39,675 nucleotides of DNA, taken from a virus. The stretch's first letter is position 1, and each line of letters opens with the position of its first letter. Under the pieces are notes generated by a model. It made no database searches. It saw nothing but the letters and a program-made list of their open reading frames with translations, and was not told the origin of the DNA. The stretch lies in the IMG/VR virus record IMGVR_UViG_3300045988_038155, one strand, 5' to 3'. Both the position numbers and the translations under genes were made by a program. This document shows, piece after piece, positions 15,251-24,204 of this stretch.

Positions 15251-16484
15251 CGGCTTTCGCTGGAAAGCCCTCAGCCAGCGGCAAAAGCAGGTCCTGAGCT
15301 GGTGGACACCGCAGAGCGCATACAGCGGTTACAACGGCATCATTGCCGATGGCGCTATCCGCTCGGGCAAGACCTTTGCCATGAGCTTTTCGTTCGTCCA
15401 GTGGGCTATGACCTGCTACAGCGGCCAGCAGTTTGCCATGTGTGGAAAGACCATCGCCAGTTTCCGGCGCAACGTGCTGGGCACACTCAAGCAGCAGCTT
15501 GCGGCCCGTGGCTACAACGTCAAGGAGCACCGGGCAGAAAACTGCATGACCGTCAGCAAGGGCGGCAGAACCAACGAGTTTTACTTTTTTGGCGGCAAGG
15601 ACGAGAGCAGCCAGGACCTGATCCAGGGCATCACCCTTGCCGGGGCGTTCTTCGACGAGGTGGCCCTGATGCCGCAGAGCTTCGTCAACCAGGCCACGGC
15701 CCGATGCTCTGTCACCGGGTCAAAGTTCTGGTTTAACTGCAACCCGGGCAGCCCACAGCACTGGTTTTATCTGGAGTGGGTGCGGAAATGCCGTTCCCGC
15801 AAGATGATGTATCTCCATTTCACGATGGACGACAACCTGTCACTTTCCGAGGACATCAAGGCCAGATACCGCAGCCAGTACAGCGGCGTTTTCTATCAGC
15901 GCTACATTCTGGGCCTGTGGACGGTGGCCGAGGGCCTTGTATATGACATGTTCGACCGCAAGAAGCACGTTGTTGATGTGCTTCCTGCGCTGTCTCCAAA
16001 GAGCGCTTATGTGGCTTGCGACTTTGGCACCCAGAACGCAACGGTGTTCCTGCTGATCCAAAAACAGGCAGATGTAGACCGCTGGATTGTCACCCGGGAG
16101 TATTACTACAGCGGGCGAGAGCAGAAGCGGCAAAAGACCGTGGGAGAGTACGTCGCAGATCTCAAAGCGTGGCTGGATGGCCTGAAACCGGAGCGGGTCA
16201 TCGTTGACCCCTCTGCCCTGCCCCTGATTACAGAGCTGCGCAAGAACGGCTTTACCCAGACTCCCGCAAACAACGACGTTCTGAGCGGCATTCTGGACGT
16301 GCAGACCATGCTGCAGGCCGGGCGGCTGAAGATATACAAAGACTGCAGGCACACGCTGGAAGAGTTCGGCGTGTACGCTTGGGATCCAGATAAAGACGAC
16401 ACCGTGCTGAAGGTCAACGACCACTGCATGGACGCTATCCGCTATTTCGTGCGCACAAAGCGCCTTGTGAAACTGAGGGATTGA
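15237..16484 (+). CDS. terL: Terminase large subunit (PBSX-type)
   Basis: Walker A GAIRSGKT. Size and position fit. ATG 15237 follows GGAGGAA. Confidence 0.9.
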   Translation: MRKSNGFRWKALSQRQKQVLSWWTPQSAYSGYNGIIADGAIRSGKTFAMSFSFVQWAMTCYSGQQFAMCGKTIASFRRNVLGTLKQQLAARGYNVKEHRAENCMTVSKGGRTNEFYFFGGKDESSQDLIQGITLAGAFFDEVALMPQSFVNQATARCSVTGSKFWFNCNPGSPQHWFYLEWVRKCRSRKMMYLHFTMDDNLSLSEDIKARYRSQYSGVFYQRYILGLWTVAEGLVYDMFDRKKHVVDVLPALSPKSAYVACDFGTQNATVFLLIQKQADVDRWIVTREYYYSGREQKRQKTVGEYVADLKAWLDGLKPERVIVDPSALPLITELRKNGFTQTPANNDVLSGILDVQTMLQAGRLKIYKDCRHTLEEFGVYAWDPDKDDTVLKVNDHCMDAIRYFVRTKRLVKLRD

Positions 16485-16486
16485 TT

Positions 16487-17881
16487 TTGAGCACTGTATA
16501 CACATTCCAGACCTTCCAGCAGGCGCAAGCCGCCGGGGAACAGCCTGATTTCATCCGGCGGTTCGTGCAGCAGCACTGCAGTTCCGGACCTTACAGAATG
16601 GCGCTGGACGCTGATCTGTACGGCGCCCAGAAAAACCCGGGGGCTGAACGCTTCGCGCAGGCTTACGCTTTGATGCTGAAACGCCTGTCCAAAAACACCA
16701 AGCAGGACACCCCACACCCCGATATGGTCAAGAGCAATCTTTTCCGGCGGCTCAACAAGCAGCGGGCGACCTACTCCCTCGGAAACGGCGTGGTCTTTGC
16801 GGACGATGGCGTGGACAAGGGCAAGCTTGGGCAGAACTTTGATGAGCAGATCCAGAAGGCCGGATATTTCGCCCTGATCCACGGTGAGAGCTTCGGGTTC
16901 TGGAACAACGACCATCTGGTGGTTTTCAAGCTGACCGAGTTTGCGCCCCTGTACGATGAGACCATCGGCTCCATGCGAGCCGGGGTGCGGTTCTGGCGGC
17001 TGAATCCTGACACGGATATGCACTATGTCCTGTACGAAGAGGACGGCTACACCGAGTACACGGAAAGCAGGATCGGCAGTACCATGCAGGAGACGACCCC
17101 GAAGCAGGCGTACAAGAGCGTGACCGTCTCTACCCCCGGCGGCGGGCTGGAAAGCGTGGAGGGCGAAAACTACGGTGCTCTTCCCATTGTGCCGCTGTGG
17201 GGCTCCGACCTGCACCAGAGCACCCTTGTGGGGCTGAAAGCCTACATTGACAACACCGATCTGGTGATGTCCGGCTTCTGCAATGACCTGCATGACTTTT
17301 CAGAGATCTACTGGCTGTGCGAGAACTTCAACGGCATGACCGATGACGAGCTGCAGGAGTTCCTTGTCAAGCTGAATCTGTACCACATTGCAGGCGCAGA
17401 CACCAGCCAGGGCGGCAAGATCACCCCCTACACCACCGAGATTCCTGTAGCGGCCCGGGAGACTCTGCTGGAGCTGCTCCACACCCGGGTCTATGAGGAC
17501 TTCGGCGGTCTGGATGTGCATTGCGTCAGCGCAAACAGCACCAACGACCATCTGGATGCAGCCTATGAACCCATGAATCAGAACGCAGACGACTTCGAGG
17601 CCCAGATTAAGCCTTTTGTTCGTCAGATCTGTGCGCTGGCTGGCTTTGGCAGCGCAACGCCGACATTCAACCGGAGCCGGATCGTAAACACCGCAGAGCA
17701 GGTCAGCACAGTAATCTCCGAGGCGGCGATCATTGGGCAGGACATGGCCATCGACTTGCTGCCCAACCTGACCCCGGAGCAAAAGGAAAAGGCTCGGGCG
17801 TCCCTGATGGCTGAGAGTGCAGAGCGGGAGACCGTGGACGAGGAGGAAGACACCGATGAAAAAAAACAGAAAAATTTATGA
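16487..17881 (+). CDS. Portal protein (SPP1 gp6-like)
   Basis: About 465 aa directly after terL, with an acidic C-terminus. TTG start at 16481 or 16487. Confidence 0.8.
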   Translation: MSTVYTFQTFQQAQAAGEQPDFIRRFVQQHCSSGPYRMALDADLYGAQKNPGAERFAQAYALMLKRLSKNTKQDTPHPDMVKSNLFRRLNKQRATYSLGNGVVFADDGVDKGKLGQNFDEQIQKAGYFALIHGESFGFWNNDHLVVFKLTEFAPLYDETIGSMRAGVRFWRLNPDTDMHYVLYEEDGYTEYTESRIGSTMQETTPKQAYKSVTVSTPGGGLESVEGENYGALPIVPLWGSDLHQSTLVGLKAYIDNTDLVMSGFCNDLHDFSEIYWLCENFNGMTDDELQEFLVKLNLYHIAGADTSQGGKITPYTTEIPVAARETLLELLHTRVYEDFGGLDVHCVSANSTNDHLDAAYEPMNQNADDFEAQIKPFVRQICALAGFGSATPTFNRSRIVNTAEQVSTVISEAAIIGQDMAIDLLPNLTPEQKEKARASLMAESAERETVDEEEDTDEKKQKNL

Positions 17882-17974
17882 TCCTCTGGGAAGATTGATC
17901 GATGTGATGCTTTTCGTCGCTGATTTTGCCATTGTGGCTGGGTGCTTTCTGGCCGTTGCGCAGGCGATTGGCTT

Positions 17975-19006
17975 ATGACCGACCGTGACCGCATTTCCAC
18001 CCGCCAGCTGAACCGCCTGCGCCGCCGCATCCTCCGGGTATACGGCACCGCCCGCCGGGAGATGCAGGAGCAGCTCACCGAGTTTCTGGCAAAGTACAAA
18101 GCGCTGGACGAACGCAAGCGGGCGCAGCTGGATTCAGGCGAGATCACCGAAGAGGATTACCGCATCTGGCTGCAAAATCAGGTCTTTCAGTCCGATTTGA
18201 TGCGTCAGAAGCTGGACGGCATCACGCAGACCTGCACCACAGCCCAAGAAACGGCCTACAAGCTGGCCCGGGACGAGCAATACAACATCTTTTCCTTTGG
18301 CGCAAACTGGGCTTTCTACGAGCTGGAGCAGGCCGCAGGCGTGACGTTCGGCCTGACCCTGTACAACACCGAAGCGGTCAAGCTCCTGCTGAAGGAGAAC
18401 CCCCGCATGGTACCCAACAAGCGCATTAAGAGCGAGAGCAACCGCACCTATGACGCCCGGGTGTTCAACCGCTACGTCATGCAGGGCATCGTGCAGGGCA
18501 AGAGCGTCCACGACATTGCTGTGCAGGCCGTCAACGGTATGGCAGATACAGAGATCCACTGGGCCATGAACAACGCCATCACAGCCATTACCAGCGCCCA
18601 GAACGCCGGGGCATTGCAGCAGATGCGCAACGCCCAGGCTTTGGGCATCGAGGTCAAAAAGCGCTGGAACTCCACCCACGACTACCGTACCCGTGAAATG
18701 CACCGCCTGCTTGACCAGCAGACGGCAGAGCTTGACGAGCCGTTCAAGGTCATGGGCTACGAGATTCAGCGCCCCGGCGACCCAAACGCCGCCCCGGAGA
18801 TGGTCTATCACTGCCGCTGTGTGCTGTCCTCTGCGCTGGGCAAGTATCCCCGGCAGAACGCCATGCAGCGGGACAATGTGACCAAAGAGACCACCCCCGT
18901 CATGGATTACACCGAGTGGTATAAATCCAAGGGAGGCAAGGAAGCCGAACAAATGTGGCGGGCGGAAGAACGAAAGCACAGAAAGGAGAGTTTCCCAAAT
19001 GAGTAA
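17975..19006 (+). CDS. Minor head protein, MuF / SPP1 gp7 family
   Basis: Position after the portal. Conserved YHCRCVL motif near the C-terminus. Confidence 0.7.
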   Translation: MTDRDRISTRQLNRLRRRILRVYGTARREMQEQLTEFLAKYKALDERKRAQLDSGEITEEDYRIWLQNQVFQSDLMRQKLDGITQTCTTAQETAYKLARDEQYNIFSFGANWAFYELEQAAGVTFGLTLYNTEAVKLLLKENPRMVPNKRIKSESNRTYDARVFNRYVMQGIVQGKSVHDIAVQAVNGMADTEIHWAMNNAITAITSAQNAGALQQMRNAQALGIEVKKRWNSTHDYRTREMHRLLDQQTAELDEPFKVMGYEIQRPGDPNAAPEMVYHCRCVLSSALGKYPRQNAMQRDNVTKETTPVMDYTEWYKSKGGKEAEQMWRAEERKHRKESFPNE

Positions 19007-19424
19007 ACGAGGCTCTGGAAGTTCTACAAGAGCAAGCGGTGGGACTGCCAACGAACACGAGTTTGAATCTTTTGTAAATGGCAAATGGGTCACCGATTAC
19101 AGCAAAATTGCGGCAGCAGAGGCGAAGAAAGCCGCCGTTGTTGTGGATAGTTCCAGATACAAGAAAACGCATAACGACGTTGTATCTTTCATAAAAGAGC
19201 AAGTTGGTGTTGACCTCAACAAATATCGAAGTGGCGATGGTTCTTCTCCGTCTCATACCACATATTGGGACAAGAGCGGCCCAAAAGTTGCATTTGATCT
19301 AAAAGGGATGTCGTCGAGCGACCGCACAAAACTCATGCAACTCACACAAAAGCCGTTTGGCGTGACGGTCGAACAGGGTGGTGCATGGATTGGATTCGTT
19401 TCGAGAAAAAAGAAGAAAAAGTAA
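18999..19424 (+). CDS. Hypothetical protein with MSKRGSGSS N-terminus and poly-Lys tail
   Basis: AAAGGAGAG RBS. N-terminus shared with 20059..20490. C-terminal KKKKK. Confidence 0.7.
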   Translation: MSKRGSGSSTRASGGTANEHEFESFVNGKWVTDYSKIAAAEAKKAAVVVDSSRYKKTHNDVVSFIKEQVGVDLNKYRSGDGSSPSHTTYWDKSGPKVAFDLKGMSSSDRTKLMQLTQKPFGVTVEQGGAWIGFVSRKKKKK

Positions 19425-19442
19425 GGTTTGGAGGGATGAACT

Positions 19443-20066
19443 GTGATTCTGCCGATGGAAAACACCGAGAAAATGATTTTTCCGGGCGTTGGCAAGTATG
19501 GCATCCCTGCTATCAAGCCTGAAACGGACATCCGCATTGACAAGCTGGAATGGATCCCGGTCAATTATGCGCTGACGGCCAAAGACAAGGCCACAAAAGG
19601 CGTGCATTTTTACAAGGACGACTATCAGTTTGAACGGTTCTGGAACAACCCGGATAAGTACATCCCGCTGCTGCAGCAGTTTGGGGCTGTGTGCTCCCCG
19701 GACTTTTCTCTTTACATCGATATGCCGCTTGCGGTGCAGATTTTTATGCACTACAAAAAACACTGGTTGGCTGCTTACTGGCAGATGCACGGTATCCATG
19801 TGATTCCTACGCTCTGCTGGTGCGGTGAGCAAAGTTATGACTGGTGCTTTGATGGTGAGCCTAGAAACGCCATCGTGAGCATTTCGAGCCACGGCACACA
19901 ATCTGACCCATACGAAGCGGAGTGCTTTGCCAAACACTGCCGCAAGGCGCTGGAAGTTCTGCAACCAAGCGGTATTTTGTGGTACGGCAAATGCCCGGCG
20001 GAGTTCGACTGGAACGTGACCAAAATCAAACCATTTCAATACGAGAGGAGGCATTACCGTGAGTAA
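19443..20066 (+). CDS. DUF4417-like protein
   Basis: GVHFYKDDYQFERFWNNPDKY...SPDFSLYIDMP matches my memory of the DUF4417 signature. GGAGGGA RBS and GTG start. Confidence 0.55.
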   Translation: MILPMENTEKMIFPGVGKYGIPAIKPETDIRIDKLEWIPVNYALTAKDKATKGVHFYKDDYQFERFWNNPDKYIPLLQQFGAVCSPDFSLYIDMPLAVQIFMHYKKHWLAAYWQMHGIHVIPTLCWCGEQSYDWCFDGEPRNAIVSISSHGTQSDPYEAECFAKHCRKALEVLQPSGILWYGKCPAEFDWNVTKIKPFQYERRHYRE

Positions 20067-20490
20067 AAGAGGTTCGGGCAGCTCTGCGAGAGCGGGCAAC
20101 GGAGGAATAGCTGCTTTTAACGCGGCATCGCTTCCGATTAAGGGCAGCGAAAAACAGGTTGCGTGGGCGCAAGATATACTCCAGAGCGCTTTTGACACGA
20201 TCGATGCAAACATCAAGCGCACAGAAGAACTGAGCAAACAGGATATTGCAAACTTCAAACGGAATCACCCTGACAAAAAAATGACGGCTGAGCTCAAAAG
20301 CAGAATTACTGCGGACAATGACGCTTGGATTGCGGCTGCAAAAGAATACCGGAGCGCCAGCGCTCAAAACTTTTCCAAAATGAACGAAATCCCGGCAAAA
20401 CAGGTCATTGACAGCAGATATAACTTCTCCGGCGAGGTGATTTTAAGAAGCATCAATTACAACGCAGAACAAAAAAAGCGTAAGAAATAA
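20059..20490 (+). CDS. Hypothetical protein, paralogous termini to 18999..19424
   Basis: GGAGGCA RBS and GTG start. MSKRGSGSSARA N-terminus. KKRKK C-terminus. Confidence 0.7.
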   Translation: MSKRGSGSSARAGNGGIAAFNAASLPIKGSEKQVAWAQDILQSAFDTIDANIKRTEELSKQDIANFKRNHPDKKMTAELKSRITADNDAWIAAAKEYRSASAQNFSKMNEIPAKQVIDSRYNFSGEVILRSINYNAEQKKRKK

Positions 20491-20492
20491 CC

Positions 20493-20945
20493 ATGAAATT
20501 TAACTACGACATAAAATTCAACGACAACACCCCGCAGCTGCATGAGGCACTGGACTTGTGGGCGGAGCGGGTGCTTACCATCTGGGGCATGACGGTGCAG
20601 GACTACGCCCAGCTGCTTGTACCCACCGGCACGGCAGACAGCACTGGCATTGAGGGCTACGTGGGCGGCGCGCTCAAGCAGAGCCTGACCTACGCCGTAG
20701 ACCTTGCAAAAAAGACCGTGACCATCGGGTCGAATCTCTTTTACAGCGTCTATGTTGAGCTTGGCACGGGCATCTTTGCCGAGAAGGACAACGGACGCAA
20801 AACGCCGTGGGTCTGGAAGGACTTTAACGGCAAGTGGCACTTTACCCGGGGCATGAAAGCTCGCCCGTTCCTCCGCCCGGCGGTGGAGGATCACATTGAT
20901 GAGCTGCGGCAGATCGCCGCGGAAGAAGGAAACAAGGAGATATAA
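20493..20945 (+). CDS. HK97 gp10-family protein (head-tail/tail-completion type)
   Basis: IGSNLFYSVYVELGTG...ARPFLRPA motif. Confidence 0.6.
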   Translation: MKFNYDIKFNDNTPQLHEALDLWAERVLTIWGMTVQDYAQLLVPTGTADSTGIEGYVGGALKQSLTYAVDLAKKTVTIGSNLFYSVYVELGTGIFAEKDNGRKTPWVWKDFNGKWHFTRGMKARPFLRPAVEDHIDELRQIAAEEGNKEI

Positions 20946-20946
20946 C

Positions 20947-21324
20947 ATGAAGAAAATTTTCGCATCTATCATGCTGCTTGCGGCGCTTTTGCTGTGCGGC
21001 TGTTCGGAGGCTGACAAGGCAAATCACAACATCGCAAAGCAGGCGGATTACTTTGAGAGCGAGCGCAAACTAACCGTTTACAATGCCCGTACAGACAAGG
21101 TGATAATGGAAGCCGAGGGTTACATGTCCATCTCCAACAACTCAAACAATGAGCTGGTCTGCACCGTCAAAATAGGGCCTAACACCTACCGAAAAAATTA
21201 TGTTTACCTGAACGATTACACCATGTATGTGGTAGAGGACATCACCGGCACCCATACCGACCCGTACCACTACAAGCTCTATTTTCACACGGACGTTTTG
21301 CCAAGCGTGGAAACAAAGCCGTAA
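20947..21324 (+). CDS. Lipoprotein (125 aa)
   Basis: Signal plus lipobox-like LLLCG|C. Followed by a strong terminator. Confidence 0.7.
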   Translation: MKKIFASIMLLAALLLCGCSEADKANHNIAKQADYFESERKLTVYNARTDKVIMEAEGYMSISNNSNNELVCTVKIGPNTYRKNYVYLNDYTMYVVEDITGTHTDPYHYKLYFHTDVLPSVETKP

Positions 21325-21336
21325 AATTTAATACTC

Positions 21337-21369
21337 AGCGGTTGGCGCACAGCGTCAGCCGCTTTTTTA
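21337..21369 (+). terminator. Strong intrinsic terminator
   Basis: 12-bp stem AGCGGTTGGCGC/GCGTCAGCCGCT (2 G-U), loop aca, then TTTTTT. Confidence 0.8.
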
Positions 21370-21370
21370 T

Positions 21371-21447
21371 GCCGCTTTAGCTCAGGTTGGCAGAGCGCCG
21401 GATTTGTAATCCGGGGGCCGTGGGTTCAAGCCCCACAGGCGGCACCA
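21371..21447 (+). tRNA. tRNA-Thr(UGU), phage-encoded, with CCA
   Basis: Acceptor GCCGCTT/AGGCGGC. D arm GCTC-AGGTTGGCA-GAGC. Anticodon arm CCGGA-TTTGTAA-TCCGG. T arm GTGGG-TTCAAGC-CCCAC. Discriminator A plus CCA. Confidence 0.9.
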
Positions 21448-21522
21448 CACCGGCAGCACGTCCGGCAAATAAACCTTATTGCCAAGCATGGCAGCCCGAG
21501 CATGGGCAGAAAGGACTATCAC

Positions 21523-22110
21523 ATGGCACTTGAGAGAAAAGACCTCCGCGCGATTCTGGAGGATGAGACTGTGGACGTCAGCGGCAAGATGAAGAAGATC
21601 CTGGACATGCTGCACACCGAAACGGACGCTCTTCAGAACCAGCTGGATGACGCCAAGGCCGCGACCGCCAAGGCCGAGAAGGAGCGGGACGCAGCCAACG
21701 GCGGCAAGGAAGCCGCTGAAAAGGCGCTGACCGACTACAAGGCCCAGCAGACCCAGAAGGACACCCACGCAGCCAAGGAAGCCAAATTCCGGGAGCTGCT
21801 GAAGTCCGCCGGGGTGCTGGACAAGTACGCAGACCGCGTTGTGCGGCTGTCCGGCGAGGACATCGACAAGCTGGAGCTGGACGAAAAGGGCAACGTCAAG
21901 GACGCCAAGAAGCACGCCGACAGCCTGAAGGCTGACTGGGGCGACTTTGTGGCTACGACCACGACCACCGGCGCAAAGGTGGACAACCCGCCCACCAACG
22001 CCGGCTCCAAAATGACCAAAGACCAAATTTTTGCAATCAAGGACGCAGGCGAGCGCCAGGCGGCCATTGCAGCAAATGCCGACCTGTTTACAGGCGGCGG
22101 AAAGGAATAA
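21523..22110 (+). CDS. Scaffolding protein
   Basis: Coiled-coil, charged, about 195 aa, immediately upstream of the capsid gene. Confidence 0.7.
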   Translation: MALERKDLRAILEDETVDVSGKMKKILDMLHTETDALQNQLDDAKAATAKAEKERDAANGGKEAAEKALTDYKAQQTQKDTHAAKEAKFRELLKSAGVLDKYADRVVRLSGEDIDKLELDEKGNVKDAKKHADSLKADWGDFVATTTTTGAKVDNPPTNAGSKMTKDQIFAIKDAGERQAAIAANADLFTGGGKE

Positions 22111-22113
22111 CAT

Positions 22114-23007
22114 ATGGCAGCAAAAGAAAATATCACCATGACCACCGATATCACCGTAGCCGCGCGTGAAATCGACTTTGTGACCCGTTTCCAGCGCAAC
22201 TGGGACCATCTGCGCACCATTCTGGGCATCATGCGCCCTATCCGGATGCAGCCTGGCACCGTGCTCAAGAGCAAGTATGCACAGGGCACCCTGCAGAGCG
22301 GCACCGTGGGCGAGGGCGAAGAGATCCCGTTCAGCAAGTACACCGTCAAGGAGAAGGAGTACAGCAAGATCACCATCGACAAGTACGGCAAGTCTGTCAC
22401 CCTTGAGGCGATCCAGAATTACGGCTACGATGTCGCCGTGCAGAAGACCGATGATGAGTTCCTGTATGACCTGACCGCTCTGGTAACGGATAAGTTCTAC
22501 AAGTTCCTGAACACCGGCAGCCTGAAGGGCACCCCCAAGACCTTCCAGATGGCGCTGGCACATGCCAAGGGCGCGGTCGAGAACAAGTTCAAGACCATGC
22601 ACCGCACCGTGACCGGCGTTGTTGGCTTTGTCAACGTGATGGACGTGTACGACTATCTGGGCAATGCCAATATCACCGTGCAGAACCAGTTCGGCTTCCA
22701 GTACATCAAGGACTTCATGGGCTACAACACCATCTTCCTGCTGTCCGACAGTGAGATCGCGAAGGGAAAGGTTATTGCCACCCCGGTAGACAACATCGTC
22801 ATGTACTATGTGGATCCTGCGGATAGCGAGTTTGCCCGCGCAGGTCTGGTCTACCGGACCGCAGGCGAGGCAAGCAACCTCATCGGCTTCCACACTCAGG
22901 CAAACTACAGCACTGCAACCTCCGAGAGCTACGCCATTATGGGCGTGACCCTGTTCGCTGAGTATCTGGACGGCATCGCTGTCGAGACCATTACCCCGGG
23001 CGAGTGA
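22114..23007 (+). CDS. Major capsid protein
   Basis: 297 aa after the scaffold. GGAAAGGAA RBS. SPP1-like module order. Confidence 0.75.
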   Translation: MAAKENITMTTDITVAAREIDFVTRFQRNWDHLRTILGIMRPIRMQPGTVLKSKYAQGTLQSGTVGEGEEIPFSKYTVKEKEYSKITIDKYGKSVTLEAIQNYGYDVAVQKTDDEFLYDLTALVTDKFYKFLNTGSLKGTPKTFQMALAHAKGAVENKFKTMHRTVTGVVGFVNVMDVYDYLGNANITVQNQFGFQYIKDFMGYNTIFLLSDSEIAKGKVIATPVDNIVMYYVDPADSEFARAGLVYRTAGEASNLIGFHTQANYSTATSESYAIMGVTLFAEYLDGIAVETITPGE

Positions 23008-23033
23008 TCGCCCCTTTGTAAGGAGGACGCCCC

Positions 23034-23444
23034 ATGACTGTCCCTGAGCTGTGCGCACTGACGCACAATTTCTTTGACCGGGCAGACGACCCCATTGCGG
23101 GGGAGTTTGCCTTTGAGCCGGATACCGTTCCCGCCGGGGTAGTCCCGGGGCAGTATTTCCTCGTGTGCGGATCCATCTTCAACGACGGCGTACACAAAGC
23201 CGGGGACGGCGATTTGATGGCCGAGACCTTTAACGGTACAGTGCAGCCCATGCGGGTGCCGCTTGCCTTTGTGGCGCTGGCTGAAAAAATCGACGCATAC
23301 GATAAGGCGCTCCCGTCCGGCGGCGTGTATGTGTCCCAGTCCTTTGCCGGGTGGTCCGGCACGATGGCTACAGGCGCGGACGGCCTGCCCGCAGACGGCA
23401 AGACCCGCTATAAATCTGAGATTAATCAGTGGAGGAAGATGTGA
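23034..23444 (+). CDS. Head-tail connector/adaptor protein (position-based)
   Basis: AAGGAGGA RBS. First gene after the capsid. Confidence 0.5.
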   Translation: MTVPELCALTHNFFDRADDPIAGEFAFEPDTVPAGVVPGQYFLVCGSIFNDGVHKAGDGDLMAETFNGTVQPMRVPLAFVALAEKIDAYDKALPSGGVYVSQSFAGWSGTMATGADGLPADGKTRYKSEINQWRKM

Positions 23445-23445
23445 C

Positions 23446-23814
23446 ATGGTCAATCCGTTCACTGCATCCACCGTGATGCAGAGCTTTACCCAAAAATACC
23501 GCTTTCAGACCCGCAGCTATGAGCCGGACGGCGTGGGCGGATTTGTGTCCGGCTGGACGGACGGCCCGGAATTTGAGGCCGTAGAGCGCCACGACACCAC
23601 CGTGGAGGCTCAGGTTGCAGAGCAGGCGGCTACAGCGTCCACCTATACGCTGTTGGTCAACACCGGTGTGCCGCTGGCTTTCCCGGACTACGTCAAGCGG
23701 GTAAGTGATGGGCAGACCTTCCAGATCACCAGCACAGCGGACGAATCCAAAGCCCCGCCGGAATCCGGCATGAGTCTGCGGGCCGTCAAGTGCAAAAAGG
23801 CGGTGCTGCCGTAA
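23446..23814 (+). CDS. Head closure / head-tail joining protein (position-based)
   Basis: GGAGGAAG RBS. About 120 aa in the connector block. Confidence 0.5.
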   Translation: MVNPFTASTVMQSFTQKYRFQTRSYEPDGVGGFVSGWTDGPEFEAVERHDTTVEAQVAEQAATASTYTLLVNTGVPLAFPDYVKRVSDGQTFQITSTADESKAPPESGMSLRAVKCKKAVLP

Positions 23815-24191
23815 TGGGGCCGTCTGAGAGCATCAACCGGGCGCTGAACGCCTTTTTTAACGGCTTTGGCATCCCCGGCTATCTGGAAGATAACATCCCA
23901 CCCAGCGCAACACTGCCGTACCTGACATACAAGCCCGTCATCCCCGGCGGCTGGAATGAGTCCGGCACCTTCCACGCCCGGCTTTGGTACCCGAGCGCCA
24001 AAGGCCGGACGCCTATTTTACAGACCGAAGACAAGATAAGTGCAGCCCTTGCAGATGGTTTGACCATCGAATGCGAGGGCGGCGCTATTCTTTTGCGCAA
24101 AGGCAGCCCGTGGTCGCAGCCACTCGACAACCCGCCCGAGGGCTATCTGTGCGAATACCTTAATTTTGAGCTTACACGGCTTATCCCGTGA
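23814..24191 (+). CDS. Tail completion/terminator-type protein (position-based)
   Basis: TAATG overlap. Precedes the major tail protein. Confidence 0.45.
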   Translation: MGPSESINRALNAFFNGFGIPGYLEDNIPPSATLPYLTYKPVIPGGWNESGTFHARLWYPSAKGRTPILQTEDKISAALADGLTIECEGGAILLRKGSPWSQPLDNPPEGYLCEYLNFELTRLIP

Positions 24192-24204
24192 GAAAGGATC
24201 CTTT

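Noticed and set aside
17897-17977. Tiny hydrophobic ORF (MLFVADFAIVAGCFLAVAQAIGL) between the portal and MuF genes, overlapping the MuF start by ATGA.
   Set aside because: It is only about 23-27 codons and has no clear RBS. It is noted as possible but not reportable as a gene.
21382-23058. 558-aa reverse-strand ORF. Similar long antisense ORFs occur at 16442..17293, 18134..19093, 19299..20258, 24181..25209, 26921..28390, 36262..37023, 37312..38223 and 38292..39536.
   Set aside because: Each lies exactly opposite well-supported forward genes that have SD sites and recognisable phage motifs. Their translations are Arg/Gly/Ala/His/Leu-rich with no start context. This is typical shadow ORF behaviour in GC-rich coding DNA.
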